A stretch of 64,000 nucleotides of DNA from an uncultured Candidatus Sumerlaeota bacterium (GTDB taxonomy: Bacteria > Sumerlaeota > Sumerlaeia > SLMS01): positions 11,793 through 75,792 of the forward strand of contig CAYFUR010000001.1 in NCBI GenBank assembly GCA_964346275.1, read 5' to 3'. The notes beneath the pieces are model-generated. The model worked only from the letters and a program-made list of their open reading frames with translations. It had not been told where the DNA came from and searched no databases. Positions 1 through 9,690 of this stretch are shown here, in pieces (position 1 is the stretch's first letter; each line of letters opens with the position of its first letter). The position numbers and the translations under genes were made by a program.

Positions 1-1821
1 AATTTCGTTTTGCTGCCGGTGGCGGCCGATGTTGAGACCCCAGACATCTCCCGGCTCGGGCCCTTCTTCCAAGGCCAGGTCGCTCCAGGGGATTGCCATC
101 TCGAGAGCCCAGGAATCTTCTCCGATCTCGATTTCACTTCTGTAATCACTTTGGTAATACTTATTGGGGACCGTCCGGGGAAGAGAATTAAAGCGTGTTC
201 CCGCGGCATTCTGGAATAGGCGGATGTAATCCTTCTGCGTCTGTCCGGGATCGAAAAACAATTCGAAATCGTCGTCATTCCAGGTCATCGGTATGTCACC
301 GTGGGCTTTCGTGCGCAGTCCATCTGGATTTGGTTCCTCCAGTCGCGCTGCGACGTAAAGAAACTCTTCATCATAAAGCAGCCAAACCTGAGTCTCCAGC
401 TTCGCGGGATCCCCGTTTCTCAGCTTGAACGCATCGATGCTTCCCGCATGTTCCCAGGTTTTTTCTCCGAGTTTTCCATCGATGGTGATTTCTCCCTTTC
501 GTTTTGGAACCTCCACGGATGGGGGAACAAAGAGTGTGTATCGCGCCGAGAACGTCACCGGCTTGTCGAGTTCGATCTGGCTCGGGTACTCGACGGCGAT
601 CTCGCCTTCCTGTTCGGCACGGTAACGCTTCTCCCACTCCCGGGATACAACACCTGTTCTCAGCGTTTCTTCCGTTTCGATTTCCAGGTAGGGCATTTTC
701 TCTCGCGGCGGCGCACTATGCGATGTGATGCGAAAATTCTTTTCAATCATCTCGCCCGGAGGGACTTCGACCCAGGCGGAGTGGGGGGCAACGGACACGT
801 TGGATTGGTAGGGGAGATACCAGGCAAGGCGGTAGAGACGAGGCTGGTCAAGTTCATTGAGGATCGGCGCCATGATGGTGATATCCAGCGGACGTCCCGT
901 CTGCCATTCGTCGATCCGAATGGCCCGGTCGCTCAGCTGGAAACGGGGAATCGTGTCGCGATCCTCGGAATTGACTGTATCCAGGGGAAGAATCGACGCC
1001 GGTTTCATGACAGCGACATGGGAGTCGCCGGTCGGCTCTGCCGTGATATGCAGGTAAGAGTGGAAAAATCCGCCCCGTTCCAGCGCCTGCCGCCCGGCGG
1101 TGCTGTTGATTACAGCGTATTGGATTCCATCATGCTCTTCCCAGACGTATTCGTGGGTGTGGCCGGCGGCGACCAGGTGGACGGGATATTCTTTCAATAT
1201 GCCACGGACCTTGTTCCAGTCCTGCTTGCCGGGGTGGTCATCTGTATATCTCCAGAGTGGGCTATGCAGGAAGACAAAGATCGACTTCCGGGAGAACTCC
1301 TCTGATCCTTTGCCGCCGTTTCTCTCGGCGAAGGATTCCAGGTCCTTCCGGAGCCATTCGCGCTGCCATTCGGCAATGCGGTCGTCTTCTTCTCCATGCC
1401 AGGAATCCAGGATGATACAATGGGCCGGACCATCGGTGAAGGAATAGACGAGGCGCTCGCGCCCCCAGAGTTCCTGATAGACCTCTTCCGATTCTTTTGT
1501 CACCACGTCGTGATTTCCCGGGACCGGGAAAAAGGGCACTTCAAGGGCGGAGATTTGTTTGCGAAAGCGGCGCCATTCACCACGCAACTGGTGCTTGTCG
1601 TGGATATAGCCCTGAATCATATCACCAACCTGGATGACGAAATCCGGCCGGAGCAGGTTCATCTCGTGCATCAGGCGTTCATACATTCCTGGATTGGAAA
1701 ACTGGCTGTCGCCTAAGACAACGAAACGCACTTTCGATGGAGGGCGGCCCTGTGCCGGCAAAGACAGGCCTGATGTGGCCAGCGCAAAGACAGCGAGCCA
1801 CATATAGAGAAGGTTCCTCAT
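1..1821 (-). CDS. Secreted calcineurin-like metallophosphoesterase with C-terminal CBM9/DOMON-like sugar-binding domain (3' end truncated by window edge)
   Basis: Not in the ORF track because it runs off the edge; translated by hand from ATG at 1821. Signal peptide MRNLLYMWLAVFALATSGLSLPAQG. Metallophosphoesterase motifs VLGDSQ, VGDMI, PGNHD, FLHSP, AGHTH. C-terminal ITIDGKLGEKTW...LLYDEEFLYVAA...DDFELFFDP...WALEMAIPW is typical of CBM9/DOMON-like domains. Confidence 0.85.
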   Translation of the reverse strand, partial: MRNLLYMWLAVFALATSGLSLPAQGRPPSKVRFVVLGDSQFSNPGMYERLMHEMNLLRPDFVIQVGDMIQGYIHDKHQLRGEWRRFRKQISALEVPFFPVPGNHDVVTKESEEVYQELWGRERLVYSFTDGPAHCIILDSWHGEEDDRIAEWQREWLRKDLESFAERNGGKGSEEFSRKSIFVFLHSPLWRYTDDHPGKQDWNKVRGILKEYPVHLVAAGHTHEYVWEEHDGIQYAVINSTAGRQALERGGFFHSYLHITAEPTGDSHVAVMKPASILPLDTVNSEDRDTIPRFQLSDRAIRIDEWQTGRPLDITIMAPILNELDQPRLYRLAWYLPYQSNVSVAPHSAWVEVPPGEMIEKNFRITSHSAPPREKMPYLEIETEETLRTGVVSREWEKRYRAEQEGEIAVEYPSQIELDKPVTFSARYTLFVPPSVEVPKRKGEITIDGKLGEKTWEHAGSIDAFKLRNGDPAKLETQVWLLYDEEFLYVAARLEEPNPDGLRTKAHGDIPMTWNDDDFELFFDPGQTQKDYIRLFQNAAGTRFNSLPRTVPNKYYQSDYRSEIEIGEDSWALEMAIPWSDLALEEGPEPGDVWGLNIGRHRQQNEI

Positions 1822-1927
1822 AGCGCACTCTTTCAAAAAATGAAGAAAGAAGGTTTCACTCCGCATTCCTGTATGTGCCCTCCCTATTCGCCGAGACCTT
1901 TCCTGGCAAGTCCTTTGGCAATGGGAT

Positions 1928-1966
1928 AAAAAAATAACAGGCAGAGAGGAGTTCACCGCTCTGCCT
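1928..1966 (-). terminator. Rho-independent terminator after tpiA
   Basis: Stem AGGCAGAG/CTCTGCCT (1939-1946 with 1959-1966), followed on the - strand by GTTATTTTTTT. Confidence 0.7.
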
Positions 1967-1996
1967 TTCAACTTTAAATGAGGAATCCGCGGAGGC

Positions 1997-2776
1997 TTAG
2001 ATGCCGGCTTCGCAAATGGCGGCGAAGTCGGGTGCCTTCAAGGAGGCGCCACCAATCAGGCCTCCGTCGATATCCGGCTGGGAGAGCAGCTCCTTGGCGT
2101 TGCCAGGCTTCATCGAGCCGCCGTACTGAATGCGCATCGAGTCGGCCACGCCGGCGCCGAACATGTCCTTCAGGATGTTGCGAATCTGGGAATGGACTTC
2201 CTGCGCCTGCTCCGGGGATGCCGTCTTTCCTGTTCCGATGGCCCAAACCGGCTCGTAGGCGACCACCGATTCCTTCACCTTCTCGGCGGGCAGGCCCTTC
2301 AGGCAGGTGCGCACCTGGGAATCAATAATAGAAGCCGTTTTGTCGGCCTCGCGCTCCTGCAGGGTTTCGCCAACGCAAACGATCGGCTTGAGTCCGACGT
2401 CGTAACAGGCGCGAATCTTCGCGTTCACCTTTTCATCGGTCTCGCCGAAGTACTGGCGCCGTTCGCTGTGGCCGAGGATCACCCATTCACACCCGGCATC
2501 CTGGACCATTGCGGGAGAGACTTCGCCCGTGTAGGCGCCGCTCTGGACGAGCTTGCCGTCAACATCCGTCGAAAAAGCATTTTGCGCACCCAGCATGACT
2601 TTCGAGCCGGACAGCTTCTCTTTCACGGCGGGAATGCTGAGGAATGCCGGGCAAACCGCGATATCCACAGCGCCAAAGTCTTTAACCAGCGGGAGCAGTT
2701 CATCAACGAGCTGCACTGCCTCGCCGATGAGTTTGTTTTCTTTCCAATTACCGGCGATGAATTTCTTCCGAGCCAT
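1997..2776 (-). CDS. tpiA: Triosephosphate isomerase
   Basis: Motifs IAGNWK, GAYTGE, LGHSERR, AYEPVWAIGTG, YGGS, LIGGASL. Start set at MARKK (ATG 2776). Confidence 0.98.
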   Translation of the reverse strand: MARKKFIAGNWKENKLIGEAVQLVDELLPLVKDFGAVDIAVCPAFLSIPAVKEKLSGSKVMLGAQNAFSTDVDGKLVQSGAYTGEVSPAMVQDAGCEWVILGHSERRQYFGETDEKVNAKIRACYDVGLKPIVCVGETLQEREADKTASIIDSQVRTCLKGLPAEKVKESVVAYEPVWAIGTGKTASPEQAQEVHSQIRNILKDMFGAGVADSMRIQYGGSMKPGNAKELLSQPDIDGGLIGGASLKAPDFAAICEAGI

Positions 2777-2817
2777 ATCGTCCCCTTGTCTATACGGAGT
2801 TATCTGAAAATGAAAAT

Positions 2818-2857
2818 GGATAGGCACGGCGGGATGAGATCGTGCCCGTGCCTATCC
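2818..2857. other. Intercistronic 12-bp-stem hairpin between gap and tpiA
   Basis: GGATAGGCACGG (2818-2829) is the exact reverse complement of CCGTGCCTATCC (2846-2857). It is followed by ATTTTCATTTT on the - strand, so it may be a leaky terminator or mRNA stabiliser. Confidence 0.6.
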
Positions 2858-2897
2858 GTGATTTACCTGGTGTTACTCGATTCTCGGTTGGCTGGGT

Positions 2898-3890
2898 TTA
2901 TCCCATTTTGGTGACGAGATCGATACAGCGGCTGGCGTAGCCCCATTCGTTGTCGTACCAGGCGAGGACCTTCACCATGTTGCCAACGACATAGGTGCTG
3001 CCGGCGTCGAAGGTCGAGCTGGCGGGATCGTGGTTGAAGTCCGAGCTGACCAGCGGCTCGTCGGAGTAGTTGAAGAAGGGGGAAAGCGGGCCGGAATCGG
3101 CGGCAGCCTTCATGGCGGCGTTCACGTCGTCCTTGCCCACTTCGCTCTTCAACTCGGCCACGAAGTCGACCAGTGAGACGTTCATGGTGGGCACGCGGAC
3201 GGAAAGGCCGTCGAGCTTGCCCTTCATTTCGGGAATCACGAGGCCGATGGCCTTGGCGGCGCCGGTGGACGTGGGGATCATGTTCTGGGCTGCGGCGCGT
3301 GCGCGGCGCAGATCCTTGTGGAGAAGATCGAGGATCTGCTGGTCGTTGGTGTAGGAGTGAATGGTCGTCACCAGGCCCTTGGCGATGCCCCACTTGTCAT
3401 TGAGCACTTTAACGAGCGGCGCGAGACAGTTGGTGGTGCAGGAGGCGTTGGAGAGAATCTTCGCGTCGGCGGGAATTTCATCGTCGTTGACGCCCATGAC
3501 GACTGTATAGTCGACGTCTTTGCCCGGGGCGGAGATGATGACGCGCTTGACGTTGCCCTTGAGGTGCTTGCCAGCGCCCGCCTTGTCGCGGAAGACACCG
3601 GTGGATTCCAGCACATAGTCCGCTCCCACTTCGTCGTGGGGGAGGTTGGCGGGGTCCTTCTCCTGGGTCACCTTGATCTTCTTACCGTTCACGACCAGGT
3701 CGCCGCCTTCGATTTTCACATCACCGTTGAAGCGGCCATGCACCGTATCATATTTGAGCAGGTGAACATTGGTTTCCAGATCGGCGAGGTCGTTGATGGA
3801 GACGACTTCGACGCCGTCATTTTCCATGGCCGAGCGGAAAGCGAGGCGGCCAATACGTCCGAAACCGTTGATTGCGAGTTTAACTGCCAA
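2898..3890 (-). CDS. gap: Type I glyceraldehyde-3-phosphate dehydrogenase
   Basis: INGFGRIGR, catalytic ASCTTNCL, WYDNEWGY. TTG start with GGAGG SD upstream. Confidence 0.98.
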   Translation of the reverse strand: MAVKLAINGFGRIGRLAFRSAMENDGVEVVSINDLADLETNVHLLKYDTVHGRFNGDVKIEGGDLVVNGKKIKVTQEKDPANLPHDEVGADYVLESTGVFRDKAGAGKHLKGNVKRVIISAPGKDVDYTVVMGVNDDEIPADAKILSNASCTTNCLAPLVKVLNDKWGIAKGLVTTIHSYTNDQQILDLLHKDLRRARAAAQNMIPTSTGAAKAIGLVIPEMKGKLDGLSVRVPTMNVSLVDFVAELKSEVGKDDVNAAMKAAADSGPLSPFFNYSDEPLVSSDFNHDPASSTFDAGSTYVVGNMVKVLAWYDNEWGYASRCIDLVTKMG

Positions 3891-4106
3891 TTGAGAGTCC
3901 TCCAGAGACTAGAGTTTGATGGGTGAGAGAGATCCTGCAGTCGATTGGGTGCTGTCAGGCATGAGGGTGAATCACGAAGAAAGCCGGGAAACAGGGCTTT
4001 CGCCCAATCGGCTGAAGGTCATGGACTGTGACCGGTGTGGTGGTCAAGCGTTTCCGGGCACATTTGCCCATTCCAACCTTAACGCCAATAAAATGCCACG
4101 CAAGAT

Positions 4107-5780
4107 TTATTGGCCTGAACGGGTGGATTTTAATTCCTCGGGCAGGGGACCGGGGTCGCCACCCGGTGGGGGAACAGTTTCCACCAAACGCCCCATCATG
4201 ATATTCGCGGGGTGGAAGATCCGCGTGCTTCGCCCGTCGGGCATTGCCAATCCCCATGGCTCAAGAGTCGGAAACGGTGGTTCTGTCCGGAATTCCCACC
4301 AGCGTTCCTGCAGCTCCCGGGCAGGTGGGTTGAAGTCATGGCCGTGGGCCAGAAAACGCAGCGTGGCGGGGGCGTCAAAGGGCAGGCGCACGGGAAGGCG
4401 GTCGGGCTGCTTTCTCAGATAATCGCCCACATCGGCCCATTCCGCATTGAACTCGGTCGTCACCATGGGGTGGTGAGGCCAGCGAATCAGCCGGGATATC
4501 TCTGTTCCGGCAAATAGGAGAATCAATGCCCCTCCAAGAAGGAGATATTGCCAGCGGTGGATCAAAAGGCGGCGCATCACAAGCTCGGCGCCCAGGGAAA
4601 GAGCAATGGCGGCCGCGGGCGTCAGAATCAGCAAGCGGAGCATGTTTGGTGCGCCAAAGCTCAGTACGGACGCCAGCGAGCCGATCAGAATCCACGAGGA
4701 CAGGGCGAGGCCCTTTATATTTCGCGCGGGACGCCGGAATACGAGCAGGAAGAATCCGAGGTAGAAAAGCAGGCCGCCCACCGCGCCGAAGACGGGGACA
4801 CCCGTGCCGTGTGGGTCGTAAGGGGGCCGGCCTGCGGCATTCGCCACGGCTTTCTCAAGATTCCATCGCTCCAGGACATCTTCCGGGTTTTCTTCGAAGA
4901 ACTGGTTGAATCGAGGAGGGCCGGGAAGATTGTGCTTCCCGACGTGGTCGCCTCGAAGCAATGGCATGAGGGCGACATCGCGCGCCTGGCGGGCGATAAT
5001 TCTGGCGGTGTTTTCTCGCTCGAACAGGGAGACTTCTCCACTCCGGCCCGTGAAGTGGTCCGGGTTTTCCAAGTAATCCAGGCCGAGGGGAAGAAAGACG
5101 AGAAACGCGGCCGCAACGGCGGCCCCGAGTTGCTTCAAGCGCAGCTTGAGCGCGCGCGGCCCGATGCGTATATACTCGGAAGCGATGAACCAGCCTCCCG
5201 CGAGCAGGAGCATAACCGGCACCAGGCGGAAAGCGAGATACGTATAGGCGCCCAGTCCCAGGAAAACCCCGCACAACGCGGAGTCTGCGTATCCGCGTTT
5301 TCGGAGCATGCGAAAGAAGAAGAGGAAAACCAATGCGCAAAAAAGCGGTGCGAGAATGGTGCGAAAGGCGAGCGCGGAGAAATGGATATGCCAGCGCATG
5401 AGGGCGAAAAAGACAACGGCGAGAGCGGCGATATGCGCGCCGCGGAACTCCCGCGCCAGCAGCCAGACAACCGGGATCGTGATGGCACCAATGACGGCGC
5501 TCACGGCGCGAAGCGCGATCGCCGTCGTGCCGCCCGTGAGAACGCCAAGCGCCTCCAAATACATATAGAGAGGCTCGCGCATGTGGTTTTCCGTGGCGAA
5601 AAAGATCGGGAATCCGGGCTCATTCAGGATCTGAAGAGCATCGAGACCATTGATCGCCTCATCATACCAGAGCCCTGGCACGCGCGGCACCATCCAAAAG
5701 CGCAGCATGGCCCCAATTGCCGTCGCGATAAGGAGAAGGATCCATTCCCAGCGTTGTATCGGCCGCTTGATCGGTGTCAT
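4107..5780 (-). CDS. ArnT/PMT-like (GT39/GT83, GT-C fold) membrane glycosyltransferase
   Basis: LRF...PGLWYDEA acidic motif after TM1, REPLY, LRAVSA, many TM helices. Confidence 0.8.
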   Translation of the reverse strand: MTPIKRPIQRWEWILLLIATAIGAMLRFWMVPRVPGLWYDEAINGLDALQILNEPGFPIFFATENHMREPLYMYLEALGVLTGGTTAIALRAVSAVIGAITIPVVWLLAREFRGAHIAALAVVFFALMRWHIHFSALAFRTILAPLFCALVFLFFFRMLRKRGYADSALCGVFLGLGAYTYLAFRLVPVMLLLAGGWFIASEYIRIGPRALKLRLKQLGAAVAAAFLVFLPLGLDYLENPDHFTGRSGEVSLFERENTARIIARQARDVALMPLLRGDHVGKHNLPGPPRFNQFFEENPEDVLERWNLEKAVANAAGRPPYDPHGTGVPVFGAVGGLLFYLGFFLLVFRRPARNIKGLALSSWILIGSLASVLSFGAPNMLRLLILTPAAAIALSLGAELVMRRLLIHRWQYLLLGGALILLFAGTEISRLIRWPHHPMVTTEFNAEWADVGDYLRKQPDRLPVRLPFDAPATLRFLAHGHDFNPPARELQERWWEFRTEPPFPTLEPWGLAMPDGRSTRIFHPANIMMGRLVETVPPPGGDPGPLPEELKSTRSGQ

Positions 5781-7195
5781 GGAGTCACGCCTGGCCGAGC
5801 CAGAACGACGTATGTGCCGTCGTCATATTGGGTTGTAAATTCCTCGGAGTTGAGGCGCTCGAAGACGGCTTCCCGCTCCGCTTTCTTCTCCTCGCCGGCC
5901 AGGTTGGCAATGGATCCGGCCCGGCTGATGAAAACATAGTCCACCCGATCCAGGTTGGCCAGCCGCAATCCGAGAAGCGTTTCCCGGTTGGGCACCTGGC
6001 AATAAAGATCCCAGGCCGCGGCCATGCTGGCCTCATCCGGCAGAGAACGGGCGATTTCCCGCGCCTGTCGATGATAATCCGTCACTTGGAAGGGGCGGAA
6101 CGTATAGTTATCCGTTCTGGTGGGCAGAAAAAAAGAAATCGCGCCCGTGAGGAAGAGCAGGGCCGCCAGGATCAGTGAGGCTTGCTGGCGGCGATTGGGA
6201 ACTCGATCAAGGAGCCAGGCGCTGCCGCGGATGGCGGCATAAAAAAAGAACGGCATGGCCGCGTAGCTGTAATAATAACCGAGTTTCCCGACGATGGGAT
6301 CCCCCGTGCTCATGAAAAACCAGGCGCCGATGATCCCAATCCAGATGGTTCGCCAATCGATCAGGGCCAGGAAACCGACCGACGCAAAGAGGGCGATCAA
6401 TGTGGGATCAAACAGGCGCCCGGCGATGGCAAGGGGACCGGCTTGGAGGAGATCGAAGCGAGAGCCGGGATTCACGTTTGCCTCGTGGAAGGCTTCCATC
6501 CCGGAGACACGCATCATGAGAAAGGCGAAGCCGGTCCAGGCAACGCCTGCCGCCATGCTCCAAATGCCCCAGCGTCTCCGCGCGGGATCTTTCTCGAGAA
6601 ATTGTGCCGCTCCCAGGAGGAATACGTATCCCCCCAGGTCTTCCTTTACGGAAACGACCCAGAGCAGCCCAATCGCATACCACCAGGGCCTTTGGCTCTC
6701 CAGGGCCCAGAACGCCGTGAACCATCCGGCAAAGACAAGTATCTCCGGGTGCTGGGCGAGATGGATGGATGTGATAAAGTGATTGGTTGCGTAAAGAAGT
6801 GCAAACGAGAGGGCCAGGATTCGGCTGCCGGTGACTCGTAGGGCGAGAAGTCCGAGGGGGACGACCGCGGCGGCGGCGAAAAAGGCGTAGAAGCTCAGGA
6901 GCGTCATCACATGGTCCGCCAGCGTATAAAGCGCCATGATCAGGAGAAAGACCGGACGAAAATGGATCCCAAAGTAGTTTCCCTCTACCGTGGGAGCTAA
7001 CGGATGGCGAAGAAAGCCGGTGTCGTGGAGATAGCTGGAAAGAGCGGAGTTCATCACGCCCACGTCGGCCAGGTAAACACGGTGGGATGCCCACTGGCTC
7101 CAGGAGATCCACTGGTAGAAGCCGAATGAGGCCAGGGCCAGCGCGAACAGGATCCAGGGAAATGCGCGCCGCCAGTTTTCTCGTTTGGATGCCAT
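5777..7195 (-). CDS. DUF2079-like multi-pass membrane protein (probable GT-C fold)
   Basis: DVGV..SAL, NYFGIHFRP, HPE, VKED, YYY motifs and many TM segments. Start at MASKREN (7195). 4-bp overlap with the next gene. Confidence 0.7.
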   Translation of the reverse strand: MASKRENWRRAFPWILFALALASFGFYQWISWSQWASHRVYLADVGVMNSALSSYLHDTGFLRHPLAPTVEGNYFGIHFRPVFLLIMALYTLADHVMTLLSFYAFFAAAAVVPLGLLALRVTGSRILALSFALLYATNHFITSIHLAQHPEILVFAGWFTAFWALESQRPWWYAIGLLWVVSVKEDLGGYVFLLGAAQFLEKDPARRRWGIWSMAAGVAWTGFAFLMMRVSGMEAFHEANVNPGSRFDLLQAGPLAIAGRLFDPTLIALFASVGFLALIDWRTIWIGIIGAWFFMSTGDPIVGKLGYYYSYAAMPFFFYAAIRGSAWLLDRVPNRRQQASLILAALLFLTGAISFFLPTRTDNYTFRPFQVTDYHRQAREIARSLPDEASMAAAWDLYCQVPNRETLLGLRLANLDRVDYVFISRAGSIANLAGEEKKAEREAVFERLNSEEFTTQYDDGTYVVLARPGVTP

Positions 7196-7462
7196 GGTGC
7201 TCCGTCGAGGAAAAGCTCTCTCTGCCCTGTGGGTATGTTGTAAGGAGGGGTGTGGCACAAGGCGAGATTAGCCTGCCCCCTGCGCCACTTGGTTGACTCT
7301 TTGAACTGACTTCATGATCGCGCTTGACCCTTTCTCCGGGAATTGCAACATCACGTGCGGTCGAAAGGGATCCCTCCATCCTTCGACTCAGTGGCATTTG
7401 CTGAAATCCATGCTTTTTCAAAGAGCCGAAGACTGACAGGAAGGACATCAAGAACAGAGACT

Positions 7463-8584
7463 ATGGCATCTGTTACATTAACCAACATTTTCAAATACTA
7501 TCCGGGGTCGAAAGAACCCGCTGTTTGCGATGTAAGCCTCGAGGTTCAGGACCGGGAATTCCTGGTCCTCGTGGGACCGTCCGGCTGTGGCAAGTCGACC
7601 ACTCTTCGCATGGTGGCCGGCTTGGAAGATATTACCGACGGCACCATTCAGATCGAAGACCGGACGGTGAACGATGTCCCTCCGAAAGACCGCGACATCG
7701 CCATGGTCTTTCAGAATTACGCGCTCTACCCCCACATGACTGTCTATAAGAACATGGCTTTCGGCTTGAAACTGCGCAAGTTCAAGAAAGATGAAATTCA
7801 CCAGCGGGTCATGGAAGCGGCAAAACTTCTCAGCATTGAGGATTACCTCGACCGCAAACCGAAGGCCCTTTCCGGTGGCCAGCGCCAGCGAGTCGCGGTG
7901 GGCCGCGCCATTGTCCGCAAACCCAAAGTTTTCTTGTTTGACGAGCCTCTCTCCAACCTGGATGCCAAGCTTCGCGTCCAGATGCGCAATGAGATTTCCA
8001 AACTCCATGCCCGTCTCCAAACGACGATGATCTATGTCACCCACGACCAGGTTGAGGCGATGACCATGGGCGATCGCATCGTGGTGATGAAGGATGGCCT
8101 TATCCAACAGGTCGATGATCCGATTACTCTCTACGACCTTCCCGCCAATAAGTTTGTTGCGGGCTTCATTGGCTCACCTCCGATGAATTTCCTTCAGGGG
8201 TCGCTGGAAGAAGAGGATGGAAGGTTGTTCTTCAATGAAGGGAGCGCCCGCCTCGAAGTTCCCCAGGAGAAAGCCGCTCTGCTGCGCGAGGCGAATATCG
8301 ACAAGAACGATGTCACTTGTGGCATCCGCCCCGAAGATTTTTACGATCCCGAGTTCGTCCGCACGGACGACCGCGATCTCGTGCAGCCAGTTATGGCGAC
8401 GGTGGAAATCATCGAACCCATGGGCGCCGAGACGTATCTCTACCTGACCACGGACAAGTCCCCCTTCATTGCCCGCGTTGACTCTCACGTCCAGGCGGAA
8501 ATCGACGAGAAGAAGGAACTCGTGGCGAACATGAAGAAGGCCCACTTCTTTGAAGCGGGCGAGCTGGGACGGCGCGTCACCTGA
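7463..8584 (+). CDS. Sugar ABC transporter ATP-binding protein (MalK/UgpC/MsmX family), stand-alone
   Basis: [39 protein letters not shown]-terminal TOBE region. Start MASVTL (7463). Confidence 0.95.
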   Translation: MASVTLTNIFKYYPGSKEPAVCDVSLEVQDREFLVLVGPSGCGKSTTLRMVAGLEDITDGTIQIEDRTVNDVPPKDRDIAMVFQNYALYPHMTVYKNMAFGLKLRKFKKDEIHQRVMEAAKLLSIEDYLDRKPKALSGGQRQRVAVGRAIVRKPKVFLFDEPLSNLDAKLRVQMRNEISKLHARLQTTMIYVTHDQVEAMTMGDRIVVMKDGLIQQVDDPITLYDLPANKFVAGFIGSPPMNFLQGSLEEEDGRLFFNEGSARLEVPQEKAALLREANIDKNDVTCGIRPEDFYDPEFVRTDDRDLVQPVMATVEIIEPMGAETYLYLTTDKSPFIARVDSHVQAEIDEKKELVANMKKAHFFEAGELGRRVT

Positions 8585-8626
8585 TCGCCGCTTTTGTTTG
8601 GCAGCCTTTTGCAAGCGCCGGTTCGG

Positions 8627-9592
8627 TCATTCCGAATCGGCGCTTCTTCCTTTGTCGAGAAACCCCGCCGCGCCCAGAGGGAAATAGCGCAAAATGGCTT
8701 TTCCTCTCAGATGATTCAGCGGAACATCTCCCCAATACCGGCCATCTGATGAGGAATTGGCATTGTCGCCGAGCATCAGGACCCCGTCCTCAGTCACTTC
8801 TTCCACATTGAAGGGATCATTTGGCGAAGGCATAAGCGAGCGTTTCCGCGGGTAATGGATCAGGTCTCCCAGAACGCCGTTTCGCAAGGGGTCTCCGTCG
8901 AAGAGAATCGGCTTAGGGAGGAGATGAACCTCCCTGCCGCCCCAACGCTCCGAATAGCGGTTGGGATCTCCGATTCCGAAGATTTCCAACTCCACGGGCT
9001 GAATCGTCACCGTCTCGTCAGGCAGGCCAATCACCCGTTTGATATAGACAGGCTTGTCAACCTCCCATGACTGATTGCGGCCCGGCCGGTATGGAACCTT
9101 GAAGACCGCAATGTCCGCCCGATCCGGTTCCGAGAACCAATAGGCGAACTTGTTGACGATGATCATATCACTCCGCCGGTGGCTTTCCGATACAAGGCGG
9201 ACGACCTCGCGCCGGGATACATCGGTGAGGAAGATCTGGTCCTTGTAAGTGGCATCCTCGTTCATGAGGAAGATTTGCAGGAGTTCGTCGGACCTTCGGG
9301 GGAATGCATAGATGACGTCTTTGACTCCGTCTCCGTCGTAATCCTCCATGGCCACTTCCCCTGCCTTGTCGCCGATCAGGGTGGGCGTCATCGAGCCCGT
9401 GGGGATGATAAAGAGTTCGAACACGTAGGTCCGGATGAACATCGCGAGGAGAAACGCGAAAACCAGCGCATCGAGATAGCCTCGGCTGCGCTGAAGAAAA
9501 GTCAGTCCGTCCGGGGGCGGGGCGGCCTTTTGCTGTTTCTTCTCTTCCAGGCGTTCCCGAGTTGTTTTCGATTTCTTCTTGTCGTCTGCCAC
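8627..9592 (-). CDS. lepB: Signal peptidase I
   Basis: IPTGSMTPTL (catalytic Ser), YIKRVIGLPDE (catalytic Lys), GDNANSSSDGRYWG. GTG start at 9592 behind a purine-rich SD. Confidence 0.9.
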   Translation of the reverse strand: MADDKKKSKTTRERLEEKKQQKAAPPPDGLTFLQRSRGYLDALVFAFLLAMFIRTYVFELFIIPTGSMTPTLIGDKAGEVAMEDYDGDGVKDVIYAFPRRSDELLQIFLMNEDATYKDQIFLTDVSRREVVRLVSESHRRSDMIIVNKFAYWFSEPDRADIAVFKVPYRPGRNQSWEVDKPVYIKRVIGLPDETVTIQPVELEIFGIGDPNRYSERWGGREVHLLPKPILFDGDPLRNGVLGDLIHYPRKRSLMPSPNDPFNVEEVTEDGVLMLGDNANSSSDGRYWGDVPLNHLRGKAILRYFPLGAAGFLDKGRSADSE

Positions 9593-9628
9593 AAAGTCCC
9601 TCTCTGAGTTCAGCGTGCACCCGGAACA

Positions 9629-9658
9629 GATTGGCGCCCCTGTCAAGAGGCGCCAATC
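9629..9658. other. 10-bp-stem hairpin between glgP and lepB
   Basis: GATTGGCGCC/GGCGCCAATC inverted repeat. No clear U-tract on the - strand. Confidence 0.45.
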
Positions 9659-9690
9659 GGAAAAACGGTGCAGAAGGGATGAAGCCGAAA

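Noticed and set aside
4084-4098. Sigma54-like -24/-12 motif TGGCATTTTATTGGC upstream of gap
   Set aside because: GG/GC spacing is right, but the -12 element deviates and there is no supporting context.
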